NCBI RefSeq assembly: GCF_004010195.1
Contig: NC_057758.1
Location: 3,018,616-3,051,996, forward strand
Source of the DNA: Chiloscyllium plagiosum
Lineage: Eukaryota
DNA length: 33,381 nt
Reading direction: 5' to 3'
The stretch's first letter is position 1; each line of letters starts with the position of its first letter. The position numbers and the translations under genes were made by a program. Below the pieces are notes generated by a model, which was not told the origin of the DNA, searched no databases, and saw only the letters and a program-made list of their open reading frames with translations. This document shows positions 22,091 to 33,203 of the stretch, one piece after another.

Positions 22091-23510
22091 GAACGATGCA
22101 AGCATTCATTAAGTCCACATCCTGTGATGGCAAACATAAATATCACCCTTTGCAATTGAGTCATTTTCCTTTTAACCTTCCCGCTCCGCATATATGTACA
22201 CAGAACCTAAGGATTTAGCTTATTCCCGTTTGCAAGAGTTCACCTCATGAAATCTTTGTTCCTCCGAACTCCTCATTTAAGATCGCTGCTTCTTTTTGTA
22301 ATCATCAAATAACTTTGAATTGCAAGTGTTAATTATTCCTCGGGATCGAATTCCAGTTATTCCATACTTACTATTCAACAAACAATATAAATGCTTCAGG
22401 TGTTAGGTTCCTGCATCGATCACTTTATTTATCCTGGGTCCCATGAAAATACTAAACAAGTGTAAATAATGGGGTGACAAATCCAAATTAGTTCATTATT
22501 TCAAATAATTAAGACTTGAGTATAGAAAAATCCATAATTGCGCATTTTATAGTAAAATGTCATCTTCCTCACCTTATTACTCGTAACCCGACTACTAGCG
22601 CCCAAATTCCCCTTCTCTTTACGTATTCCGATAAGAATACAGAAGAATTCGAACAAGGATGCTAGAATTTTGTTTTCTGTTCGCTTTCTAATTTGTTTGT
22701 GGATGCAACATTATGGTGTTTGCCGTTTCCTTAACATTGTAGATTAATTTAGAATTTAATGGAGGGGTTTATGGTTTATGAGGAAGGTGGGACTGATTTG
22801 TTTGCACGAGCAGTATTATTCAGTAGGATTCTAATTTAGGAGAAAATCAGCCCACCTTTTCTCTGCATTACACCACTCCTGGAGGCAGAGTCCTGTCAGC
22901 ATCACTGGCCTGCATTGAATTCAATTTCCTGTCATGAGATATGTCCTGCCTTAAACTTCCAGATGTTCAGATACATTCCGACATAATAGATGCACTTGCG
23001 GCTTAGCTTATTACACTTTACACATATCATTGGTGCGAAGGTGAGCCTTGTCTTGCAATCCCTGTATTGGAATGCAAATTATTCCCTCCAATCCTATGAC
23101 AAGTTCAATTGCTGTTTAGAATACCCTCTTTGGCTGTTTGGGGATGCTGTATGTAGTCTTCATTTAGCTTCTTCTGTTCATGATCTGCGGTAGAGAGAAG
23201 AGCTCAAACTTAAAACCACATCCATCTTGCATGCAACGCCTGTATGAAAATCGGCGTCTGCATGAGTATTTTGCTTTTTGACACACAGAATATTTCCTGG
23301 CCAGATTCATTGAGCCATTCAATTTATTGGAGATAGGGTATCATTCTTCACCTGCCGTCATTCTTTTGCTCTTGACTGAAATCCTACGTTTTTTTTGTCG
23401 GGATGATAGATAAACCAAGGTGGGAAAAAAAATTTCTGTGTCATAAATACTTCGTCAAATAACCTACCCTAACTGCTGTGGTTCTGTTCGCCGAGCTGGA
23501 ATTTTTTGTT

Positions 23511-23550
23511 GAAAACGTTTCGTCCCCTGTCTAGGTGACATCCTCAGTGC
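23511..23550 (-). ncRNA. Minimal hammerhead motif (core intact, stem I mismatch)
   Basis: Minus strand reads GCA-CTGAGGA-t-GTCaCCT-agac-AGGgGAC-GAAA-CGTT-ttc. Confidence 0.65.
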
Positions 23551-23759
23551 TTGGGAGCCTCCTGTGAAGCGCTTCTGTGGTGTTTCCTTCGGCATTTATA
23601 GTGGCCTGTCCCTGCCGCTTCCGGTTGTCAGTTTCAGCTGTCCGCTGTAGTGGCCGGTATATTGGGTCCAGGTCGATGTGTTTGTTGATGGAGATTGTGG
23701 ATGGCACTCTATAAATGCCGGAGGAAACACCACAGAAGCCCTTCACAGGAGGCTCCCAA

Positions 23760-23799
23760 GCACTGAGAATGTCACCTAGACAGGGGACGAAACGTTTGC
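23760..23799 (+). ncRNA. Minimal hammerhead motif with core mutation (CUGAGAA)
   Basis: GCA-CTGAGAA-t-GTCaCCT-agac-AGGgGAC-GAAA-CGTT-TGC. The G8-to-A change is expected to inactivate it. Confidence 0.5.
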
Positions 23800-23835
23800 A
23801 ACAAAAACATCCAGCTCGGCGAACAGAACCACAGC

Positions 23836-24291
23836 AACAGGGGAATATATTATGGGGAACAAAGAAATGGCAGAAGAATTAAATGGCTACTTCAGATCTG
23901 TGTTCACTGGGGAAGACACAAGCAATCTCCCTGAGGTAACAGTGGCTGAAGGACCTGAACTTAAGGGAATTTATATTTGCCAGGATTTGGTGTTGGAGAA
24001 ACTGTTAGGTCTGAAGGTTGATAAGTCTCCCGGGCCTGATCGTCTACATCCCAGGGTACTGAAGGAGGTGGCTCGGGAAATCGTGGATGCGTTGGTGATT
24101 ATTTTCCAGAGTTCAATAGATTCGGGGTCGGTTCCTGAGGATTGGAGGGTGGCAAATGTTATACCACTTTTTAAGAAAGGTAGGCGAGAGAAAGCAGGAA
24201 ATTATAGACCAGTTAGTCTGACCTCAGTGGTGCGAAAGATGCTGGAGTCTATTATAAAGGATGAAATTACGACACATCTGGATAGTAGTAA
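23836..24291 (+). mobile_element. Young CR1 ORF2 fragment inside the Penelope composite
   Basis: Uninterrupted frame MAEELNGYFRSVFT..DKSPGPDRLHPRVLKE..VPEDWRVANVIPLFKKG..NYRPVSLTSV up to the N gap. Confidence 0.95.
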
Positions 24292-24451
24292 NNNNNNNNN
24301 NNNNNNNNNNNNNNNNNNNNNNNNNNNNNNNNNNNNNNNNNNNNNNNNNNNNNNNNNNNNNNNNNNNNNNNNNNNNNNNNNNNNNNNNNNNNNNNNNNNN
24401 NNNNNNNNNNNNNNNNNNNNNNNNNNNNNNNNNNNNNNNNNNNNNNNNNNN
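24292..24451. other. Assembly gap (160 N)
   Basis: Run of N. Confidence 0.99.
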
Positions 24452-24542
24452 ACAGCTGAAACTGACAACCGGAAGCGGCAGGGACAGGTCACTATTAATG
24501 CCGGAGGAAACACCACAGAAGCGCTTCACAGGAGGCTCCTAA

Positions 24543-24582
24543 GCACTGAGGATGTCACCTGGACAGGGGACGAAACGTTTGC
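24543..24582 (+). ncRNA. Minimal type I hammerhead motif, intact
   Basis: GCA-CTGAGGA-t-GTCaCCT-ggac-AGGgGAC-GAAA-CGTT-TGC. Stem I is GCA/TGC, stem III is palindromic ACGT and the triplet is GUU. Confidence 0.78.
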
Positions 24583-25211
24583 AACAAAAACTTCCAGTTC
24601 GGCGAACAGAACCACAGCTACGAGCACCCGAGCTACAAATCTTCTCACAAACTTTGAACCTACCCTAAGCTAAAGATGTCAATGTACGGAGAACGCAATT
24701 CAGGACCAAACGTTGACTTAAAAAAAGGATGCAAAATTAGGATCCACGATTAGTTTACGTAATTGGCCAATACGTAAAGCTGTTTAACAGCACGTGTCTG
24801 AATGGAATCAATGGTATTTACTGAAATTATAATTATATTAAAAGTAACTTCACTTCCATCACTGCCTTTCGTGCTCTCCAAAATACAGTACAATCTGTTC
24901 AGAAATTGAACGCTCATGCCTTTACTTGTACGAAAAACATTTAATTTTGGAATATTTGAATATGTTTGAAAAAGTTTTGCTTATTTGAAAATAATTTTGA
25001 TTATCTTGAGACCAGTGAGAGTGTTACAATCACTAAGGCAGGAATTTTCTGATTCCATTTACTTGTAATACTTTACACTTGCTGAAATTATGGGATTATT
25101 CTTCTTTTGCACTTTAAAAATACAGTTTGCCCAGTTCTATCAATTTCTGATGGACCGAAAATGGCAAGTCTCAGAATCATGAATAAGCAATGGGACAGAT
25201 GGAAACTATCC

Positions 25212-25545
25212 GACCACAGGAACATTAGAATTAGGGGCAGGAGTAGGCAATGCAGCTCATCAGTCCAGTTGTTCTATCTAATATGACCGTGGTCGATCTT
25301 ATCTTGGTCCCAACTCCGTGCTCCTGCCCGCTCTCCATAGCTCTTGTTCCTGCTTTTCGACTGAAATATGTCTCGTTCTTATTTGAATCATTTGATTGAT
25401 TCTACCACAACTGCAGTCGGTGGCAGTGGGTTCCACAATTCATAACTGCTGAGAGAAGTCGTTTCTCCTCATCTCAGTTTTCAAACAACCTCATCTCACG
25501 CTATGTTTATGACCTAATTTTCGAGAATGTCCCACAAGGGATATA
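25212..25545 (-). mobile_element. Old CR1 3' end
   Basis: Antisense 3' UTR 'ttagaattaggggcaggagtaggc' and 'ggcagtgggttccacaattcataac..gagagaagtcgtttctcctcatctcagtttt'. Confidence 0.7.
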
Positions 25546-25547
25546 TG

Positions 25548-27397
25548 TGGGAAAGCGGAAGCGAGGACCAGACGGCTGCTCGGTAAGTGAAGTGATTGTT
25601 TTAAGGCTTACCTCGAGCGTCACGCCCTCCAATTTTACAGAGAGTGCTGCTGGGTAAGTAAAGCAATTGTTTACAAGCTTATATCGGGCTTCAGAGCCTC
25701 CAATTTACACAGGATGGCAGAGGACCAGAAGGCTGCTGGGTAAGTAAACTAATTGTTTCAAAGCTTACCTCGAGCGTCGGGGCCTCCATTTTAACAGCGG
25801 GAGCGAGGAACAGAGGGCTGTTGGGTAATTGAATTAATATAGTTATGTGCTTGCTTTACCTGAAACACCACGAAGGTGTTATTTCCCACCCATCCTTCTC
25901 CTCTCACCTAATAAAAGAAGATTCTCTGCTTCGGATTTGTAAAATAACTAGCTTTAATTTTATTTTTCAGTAGTCTCTTTGGGAATTTAGAAGAGTGGGA
26001 ATAGCCATTAGGGCTGTTGCATGTTCCTCCTGCACAATGTGGGCAGTAAGGCTCACCACTAGTGTCGCTGCTGACTTTCTCTCCAGGAAGTGCACCCGAA
26101 GCCAGCTTCGCAAAAATCGTGTTATGGGTCTAGAGCTGGATGAATTTCGGATCATTCACTTGATGGAGGGATTTACTGAGAGTCGTTACAGGGAGGTCGT
26201 CTCAACTCATTTACCAGAAAAAGGCAGGTGGGCAACAGTAAGTTTTATTGAGTTTTATGAGAAGGTGACCAAATAGGTGGATGAGGGTAAAGCGGTTGAT
26301 GTGGTGTATTTGGATTTCAGAAAGGCATTTGATACGTTTGCCCATGGTAGACTATTGCACAAAATACGGAGGAATGGGATTGACGTTGATTTCGTGGTTT
26401 GGATCAGAAATTAATTAGCTGAAAGAAAACAGAGTGTGGTGATTGATGGGAGATCTTCATGCTCGAGTTCAGTTACTATTTGTATGCCGCAAAGACCTGT
26501 TTTGACCTGGATGAGGGCGTAGAAGAATGGATTTGTGGATGACACTAAGGTCAATGGAGTTGTGGATAGTGCTGAAGGATGCTGCTCGTTAGAGCGGGAT
26601 ATAGATAAGCTGCAGTGCTGGCAAATAGAGTTTAATGCGGAAAAGTACGAGTTGATTCCCTTGGAAGGAGCAATAGGAATGCAGAGTACTGGGCTTTTGG
26701 TAAGATTCTAGGGCGTGTGGATGAGCACAGAGATCTTGGTGTTCATGTACATAGAACCTTAAAAGTTGTCACCCAGTTTGATAGGGTTGTTAAGAAGGTC
26801 TATGACCTTTATTTGTAGAGGAATTGAGTTTAGGAGCCATGAAGTCCTGTTGCAGCTGTACAAAACTGTACTTGGAGGACTCCGTGCTGTTCTGGTCACG
26901 AAATTAAAGGAAGGATGTGGAAGCATTGGAACGGGTTCAGAGGAGATTTACTAGGATTTCACCTGGTACGGAGGGGAGGTATTCTGAGGAAAGGATGAGG
27001 GAATTCAAGCTGTTTTTGTCAGAGAGAAGAAGGTTAAGACGTGGCATAATTGAGACATATATGATAACCCGAGCGTTGGATAATTTGGACAATGAGAGCC
27101 TTTTACCTCGTCTGGCGATGACCAGCAGGAGGCGACATAGCTTTAAATTGATGGGTGATAGATATCAGACAGATGTCTGATGTAGTTTCTTTATTTAGAG
27201 AGTAGTAGAGGGTTGGAATGCCCTGCCTGCAACAGTAGTACAGTCGCCAACTTGCAGGGCATTTAAATCGTCATTGGATCAACATATGAATGAAAATGGA
27301 ATAGTTTAGGTTGGATGGGCTTCAGATTGGTTTCACAGGTCGGCGCAACATCGTGGACGGAAAGGTCTAAATGCACTGTAATGCTCTATGTTATATA
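25548..27397 (+). mobile_element. Internally deleted CR1 retaining 5' UTR, ORF1 N-terminus, RT C-terminal half and 3' UTR
   Basis: ORF1 zinc finger/zipper relic AVACSSCTMW..RKCT..LELDEFRII..YREVV runs at about 26240 directly into RT (FIEFYEKVTK*VDEGKAVDVVYLDFRKAFD). Later LERVQRRFTR. The 3' UTR resembles 19850-19930. Confidence 0.88.
25560..25830 (+). repeat. Tandem repeat of about 85 bp (about 3.4 units) in the CR1 5' UTR
   Basis: Unit core gaggaccaga.ggctgctgGGTAAGT..ttgttt..aGCTTACCtcgagcgtc..cctccaatttt.ACAG. GGTAA(G/T)T occurs at 25582, 25653, 25739 and 25824. Confidence 0.85.
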
Positions 27398-27399
27398 TC

Positions 27400-30300
27400 C
27401 CAAGTCCACCTTATCAATGTTGCTTAGCATTTCATAATCCTCCACCATTACCCGCTTAATCTTCTGAACTCCACTAAATCAAAACCCAAGTTGTTCAACC
27501 ATGTCCAGTTTGACAGACCTTTTATCCCTGAAGTCAAACTTGTGAACTCTTTATGTACTGCTATTCGTGCCACATCTTTTTTCAAGTAAGGAGACCAGAC
27601 TGGACACAATGCTCCAGATCTGGTGTCACCAATGCCTTATAAATTTGTAACTTTTTAAAAACTTTTATTATCCAGCCCGGTTGTAATAAACGCCAGGATT
27701 CCGAATGCCTTTCCTATTATACGCTGCAGTTGCATTGACACTTTCTGTGTTTGATGCATAAAGAAGTCCGGATCCCTTTGCACTCTCACCACTTTGAAGT
27801 TGCCTTCCATTTAAATGACGATTTGCCTTTTTGTTTTTCAGGAAAAAAAATTACAATCTCTTGTTCATCAGATGTTATGCACCATCTGACAGATTCTGGC
27901 CTTTTCTACCAGCATATCAAAATATCCATGTCTAAACTCTTTTTCACTGCATTACTCTCTGCTTTCCAAACTAACTTAGTATCATCCACAAACATTACTG
28001 CATTTTTCTCTATCCTTCTTTGCAGACAATTGATGTAGATAATAAATAGATGGAGCCCCAAAACATTGTCCTGCAACACTCCACTAGTTAGAGTTCACCA
28101 TCGAGAGAATGATCAGTATATCCTGACACTCTAGTCTCTATGAGTTAGCCAGTCATCGATCAAACTATTACTCTACCCTTAAACTCGTGGCATCCAACGT
28201 TCTCTATCAATCATTTATGTGGCACCTTGTAAAATGCTTTCTGGAATTCTATATGCCACATCGGCCGGATCCCGATTTTCTACTTTGTTAGTCACATCCT
28301 CATAGAACTCCAGCAAGTTTGTCGAGCACGATATGCCTTCTATGAAACCATGCATACAATGGTGAATTAAGCTTTGCTTTTCCAAAGTGTCCAGTTACCT
28401 CCTACCTTATGGTGATTGCAGCAACGTCCTCACCGCAGAGGTCAAACAAACTGCTCCATAACTTACCACTTTTTGCCTATCTCCTGTTTTGAACAAAGGT
28501 ATCGCGTGCAAATGTTTCCAATCCATTAGTACCTGTGCAGAATCCAGGGAGTTTTGGATAATCGTAAATTATGTGTTCAATATTTCTACTGCCACCTCCT
28601 TTAATAGTGTGATGTGCGGACCATCAGGCCCCTTGGACCTTATCAGCCTTTAATTCCATCAGATTACTTAGTACGTTTTCCGTAGTTGTAATAATTTCAC
28701 TAAGGTTATCTGTAGTAACTGAGCAAACAGGGAGAAAATATTGATTTCAGTGTTTGTGCCATTTCTGATTTCCTATTGTTACTTCACATTTTCTGTACTC
28801 TAAATGGCCAACATGTTATTGCATTGTTGTTTTTTTTTCCTTTTTATATATTTATCGACGATTTTGGTATCAGTGCTTTGTTTTCTTCCGGTTGCTTTCG
28901 TAGTCCCACTTAACTGTTTTCATTTCATACATAGTAATCCTTTGGTGACGTTTTATTGTATGATATTCCCCTGTTTTTGCTGTTTTGCTGCTTGGCCACG
29001 GGTGATTTTTCACTTCTTTACAATGTTATCAGACTTCTGAATGCATGCCTCTCAAAAGTTCACTTTGGTCTCTCTAAACCTTCTCTGACCGTATTCTGCG
29101 GTCTGTTCTGCTATCCTGGGGCAGTTTGTATAACACGACCGCCTGTATAGAATGCAAAACGGTAGTTTTTACTTTAATTCGGTACACCTGGCAATAATAA
29201 TGCAAGCATTATTTATTAATATAAATCTTATTCTCCTAAAGATAGTTGACAGGTGTTTATCATCTCCCTAAACACTTGTCGATAGTCATTAATTGTCCTG
29301 CTGTTTAATATCTCGTCCCAGTCCACTTGGTCTAAGTCGTTCCTTGGACCTATTTAATTTCATTTCCAAAACGCTCAAAATCTCGTATACGATTCCCCCT
29401 TCATTCTTTTTTCCAATCTGAATTTGAATCTATGGCATATTGTGCTCATTCATTCGAAGCAAATCTTTACCTGCTAGAGAATGTATCAATCCTTGCTCGT
29501 AAGATTACACCAAATTTTGAATAGCCAATTTTACGGTTGGTTGCATGGCACGCTGCTCTAAAATATCAGTTCTTCATAAACACCTCGAATATTTGTTTGA
29601 GGCTGCCCTTACCTAGTTGATTAATCGAATTAAAACATGCATACTTGGCTTTCTAACCTTTTCATGATCTTTTCATCGTTATTTTTGGTTTATGCTATTC
29701 TGAGTTTGGAAGTACCCATTGACCATGCGTTAAATTTCCCTCCGAAGGGATTTCTTACTTCGATTTTTAATTTCCACCTAGACTGATTTAGCATTTTGGT
29801 CCTTAGTGCTAATTTCATTAGTGCAGACTTGATATCATCCTTAACCAGATAAGCAAATCCAATTACGTATCGGCAATCATTTTAGAATATTGCATATCCT
29901 TGGACATTGCACTTCAAAACCTGATCATCCTGTAAGCAGATTTATGGACCAGGCCAGACCCCTTCAAAGTGTTGACGGAACGTAGCCTAGACACTGATAT
30001 TTTCTTGTTTAAAAGGCAGATATGTAGTGGATATACCAGGTGAGATGCAGCAGGTCAAACCACACGGCTTTTAGCAAAACAAAATTTATTTAAACACTAC
30101 AGTTGAAACACGAACAAAAGAAAATGGAGTTTACAATAACTTAACTGCTTGAAAACTCAATCAGCGTGGTACTGCAACTTAACCAAGGAGCTGTTCCAAT
30201 TCCTGGAACATTCCATAATCACATCCCTTTGCAAAAGGTCAATTCAATCATAAATTCTTAGAGGCAGGAGAGATTTGAGAAAGAAAAGTCAGCCACACAT

Positions 30301-31700
30301 CAACTGCTGAAGTATGGAAACTTTTTTTTTTACACTTTAGGAACTGCAGACTGCCTCCTACTGTCTGCACAATAAATCAATCAGGAAGAAAAAACGAACT
30401 GGGATAACTGTCCAACCCCACTTTCCCCTCTTCCCCACCATGCCACCGTAAAACTCGGCTCTTCCCAAGGCATTTCGGCACGTCTACCTTTATCACACTC
30501 CCAAAAGTGACCCAAGGACAAAACAATGGCGCCAAAGTGACAGAATAGTCACACTAAGTTCCAGGAATCCTCCACCAGGTGTTCCCAATTTGTTTCTATT
30601 TGTGCTGTCAGTTCATGAATTTTATTCCAAGTACTGCTAACAATCACGTCCAAGATATTCTTTATGATAAGTTCGATTGTTTCCTCCTTCTCTTTGAATA
30701 TGTTCTTTTGCATCAGATTTTCCACACTGTCTATTCTTATTCATTGATTTCCAATTAAACTGAGATTTGCTTCGATCATTCACTCCAACTTTCAAATCAC
30801 ATTTTGATATTTTATGAGGCCTTCCCTTACCAGGGTCGTTAGACTGCCCCTGCCTGTTTATCCTACTCACACCTGCCTTCTGCCTATATTTTGACCCGTT
30901 GCGTTAGTTCCCAAACACCTACCTTATTAGTTTAACATCACCCAAATGCATTAGTAAACCTCCTTGCCCAGGGTGCCGCTTCCTCTCCAATTCAGATGAA
31001 ACATATCACTTTTGCACATCTCCCGCCTGCCTTGGAAAATATCCCAATGATACTAAAATCTGAACTCCTCCTCGCTGCACCTGCTCTTCAGCCTTGTGTT
31101 AAATTATAGTGTTATCCTGTTCATTGCTACACCACGATGTGGCACGGTGGGTAGGGGGAAATCCCGAGATGACAATCCTGGAGGTCTTGTTTTTCTCTTT
31201 ACAACCTCGCTCACTGAAATCTTCTTGGAGGACCTCGTCACTAGTCATGCTTATGTAGTTGATATCAATGTATGTCATGACCTTCCTCACAATAAGCCTT
31301 GACCATGCTCAAATACATCATTGACCCTATTACCAGACAGGCAATACACCATACCACCATCTCGCTTGCATCACAGAAACGCCAGATTATGCCTCCAGGT
31401 ATGTACCCCCGACTGCCACTGCTTGCCTGCACTAGTCACGCCCTGATGTACAGCAGTGCAAGTTATGGTGTCACGGTTGTTGCTGCTGAAAGGCTTTTCA
31501 AAACAGCACCTGAAACGGAACGTCTATTCAAGTGGGGTGGCAGCCACACGGAGGCATAAACTGACGCTTTATCCGTTGTGACCATCCCCCTTCTACTCAA
31601 AAAGATCTGTCAGGGCCACCACGTACTCTACTGGTGACATGTGGCAATTCTGGAAGTGTTCAGCTATCCCACAACATTTCAGTTGCTGGAAGGGTAAAAA
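27400..31700 (-). mobile_element. Old, near full-length CR1 (RT, endonuclease relic, ORF1 esterase region), interrupted
   Basis: Antisense RT phrases at about 27400-28760 and endonuclease-region relics to about 30640. ORF1 relic KNKTSRIVISGFPPTHRA at about 31140-31195. Boundaries are approximate and this may be more than one element. Confidence 0.65.
29941..30553 (-). mobile_element. Probable solo LTR of an LTR retrotransposon
   Basis: A non-CR1 block of about 610 bp inside the CR1. The minus strand opens TGTGAC, has AATAAA near 30085 and ends ..CCATAA. Neither a terminal CA nor a TSD is clearly seen. Confidence 0.45.
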
Positions 31701-32011
31701 GCTGCCGCTCTTAACAGTTCCCTTAGATCGAGTGGAGGAGCGGATTTCTGAGAAAGTGGCATGCAGAGACGACGGAAATGTTCTCGACAGAAGGTTCAGG
31801 GAAGTGGCCACAACAAACGTTGTGGTGGATGTGTGTTGATGTTCACAAGGAGTAGACCTAAAATTCGATTAGGTAAGTCTTTATGGAATGTCAATAGGTC
31901 TTTCAGCCCCTTGGGACTGTTCTGCTATTCAACCAGATCATGATAGAACCAACATATCCTGCATTGATTTCCTTGTCTGTTCGCTCTCACCACTGATTGC
32001 CAAACGTTAAT

Positions 32012-32355
32012 AATATTCACTCGTGGGACGTGAGCATCGCTGGCTGGCTAGCATTTATTGCGTATTGCTAGCTGCCTTTGAACAGAATGGCATGCCAGGC
32101 AATTTCAGAGGGCACGTGAGAGTCGTAGGAGTGGACTTTGTCGGAGGAGTGGAATCGCATGTTGGCCTGACTAAGTGATGATTGCAGATTTTCTTCCCTG
32201 CAGGACGTTAGTGAACCAGATGGGTTTTTCCGATAACTTATGATGATTTCACGGTCAGCTGTAGATTTCCAATTCCAAATTATTATTGAACTGAAATTCT
32301 GCCATCTGCAGTGACAGTATTTGAGCTTAGGTCCCCAGAACATTTCCTGAGTTTC
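32012..32355 (-). mobile_element. SacSINE1-like (Deu-domain) tRNA-derived SINE
   Basis: Recognised blocks 'gcatttattg', 'atttcagagggca', 'gcagattttcttccct..aggacgttagtgaaccagatgggttttt' and a decayed tRNA head at the right end. Confidence 0.75.
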
Positions 32356-32699
32356 CAGATTAATAGTCGACTCCCCCGAGCAAGAGTCAATCCATCTCAG
32401 AACTAAATATACAAAAGACCCCTGGAACTTTCTGTGGCAAGGAGACGCAAAGACTTACATGTCGTTGAGACACAAGAAGAAAATCTCTTTAGCTCAGTCA
32501 CAATTTGCGAGATGCATTCAGAGACGATGCCCTTTAGTCAACGTAACTCACATGAGGGAAATTGCATCTGTTATTCAAAGGAACATCGTTCATACAGCCA
32601 CTCTCCTTTCTTCACATGGCCTTACACATTACGCTTTATCCAAAAATAACGTCCAATAACCCCTTGAATGCAATGCATCAAACGAAACTGCACACAGCG

Positions 32700-33062
32700 C
32701 ATTTCTGGGCAGTGCATTCCGTATCATTGACGCTGCTGTCTCACAACACCAGGGACCCGTTTCGATTCAAGCTTTGGCTGATTGTGTGTGTGGAGTTTGC
32801 ACATTCTCCCTATGCCTGCATGGATTTCCTCCAGGTGCTCCAGTGTCCTCCCACAATGCAAAGAAGAGCAGGTTAGGTGAAATAACAATGCTAAATTTAC
32901 TATAGTGTTTATGGATGTGTAGGTTACGTGCATTAGTCCAGGGCAAATGTAGAGTCACAGGGTAGGGGAATGGGTTTAAGTGGGATACACTTCAGGCGAT
33001 CAGTGTGGACTTGGTGGGCCGAACAATCTGTTACCATACTGTAGGGATTCTATGCTTCTATT
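32700..33062 (+). mobile_element. HE1-type (V-SINE) tRNA-derived SINE
   Basis: tRNA-like head 'ctgctgtctcacaacaccagggacccgtttcgattc', central 'tgtgtggagtttgcacattctccc..tttcctccaggtgctccag..cctcccacaa' and LINE-like tail 'ctgtagggattctatg'. Confidence 0.85.
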
Positions 33063-33068
33063 ATCATG

Positions 33069-33203
33069 TGATTCCGGCCTCGGGCTGCTATTTGTAAGGA
33101 GTTTCCACATTCTCTCCGTGTCTGTGTGGGTTTCTTTCGGTTGCCCAGATTTCCTGCCACAATCCAATCGTTGAGTGAATTGGCCATGCTAAATTGCCCA
33201 TAG
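33069..33203 (+). mobile_element. Second, partial HE1-type SINE
   Basis: 'ggagtttccacattctctccgtgtctgtgtgggtttc..cacaatccaa..gtgaattggccatgctaaattgcccatag' repeats the core of the preceding SINE. Confidence 0.8.

Larger units (their letters stand above)
23473..24656. mobile_element. Composite Penelope insertion: inverted pLTR pair, CR1 fragment, gap, pLTR
   Basis: 12-bp direct repeat aacctaccctaa at 23461-23472 and 24657-24668. The minus arm (about 23474-23703) encodes the PLE C-terminus SINKHIDLDPIYRPLQRT. Plus-strand arms lie at about 23708-23839 and 24452-24658. Confidence 0.85.

Noticed and set aside
22100..23460. Apparently unique AT-rich stretch searched for another GPCR exon or RNA gene
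   Set aside because: No convincing exon, motif or structure was seen on either strand.
23852..24673. 273-aa ORF joining CR1 RT to a Penelope tail
   Set aside because: It is read through 160 N, so the frame across the gap is unknown.
25560..25830. CRISPR-like repeat-spacer appearance
   Set aside because: Whole units are homologous with no unique spacers, the context is eukaryotic and there are no cas genes.
28804..29040. Hydrophobic 78-aa ORF resembling a membrane protein
   Set aside because: T-rich antisense CR1 sequence with no family motif.
32700..32775. tRNA gene
   Set aside because: A decayed tRNA-like head continuous with a SINE body. No cloverleaf could be supported.
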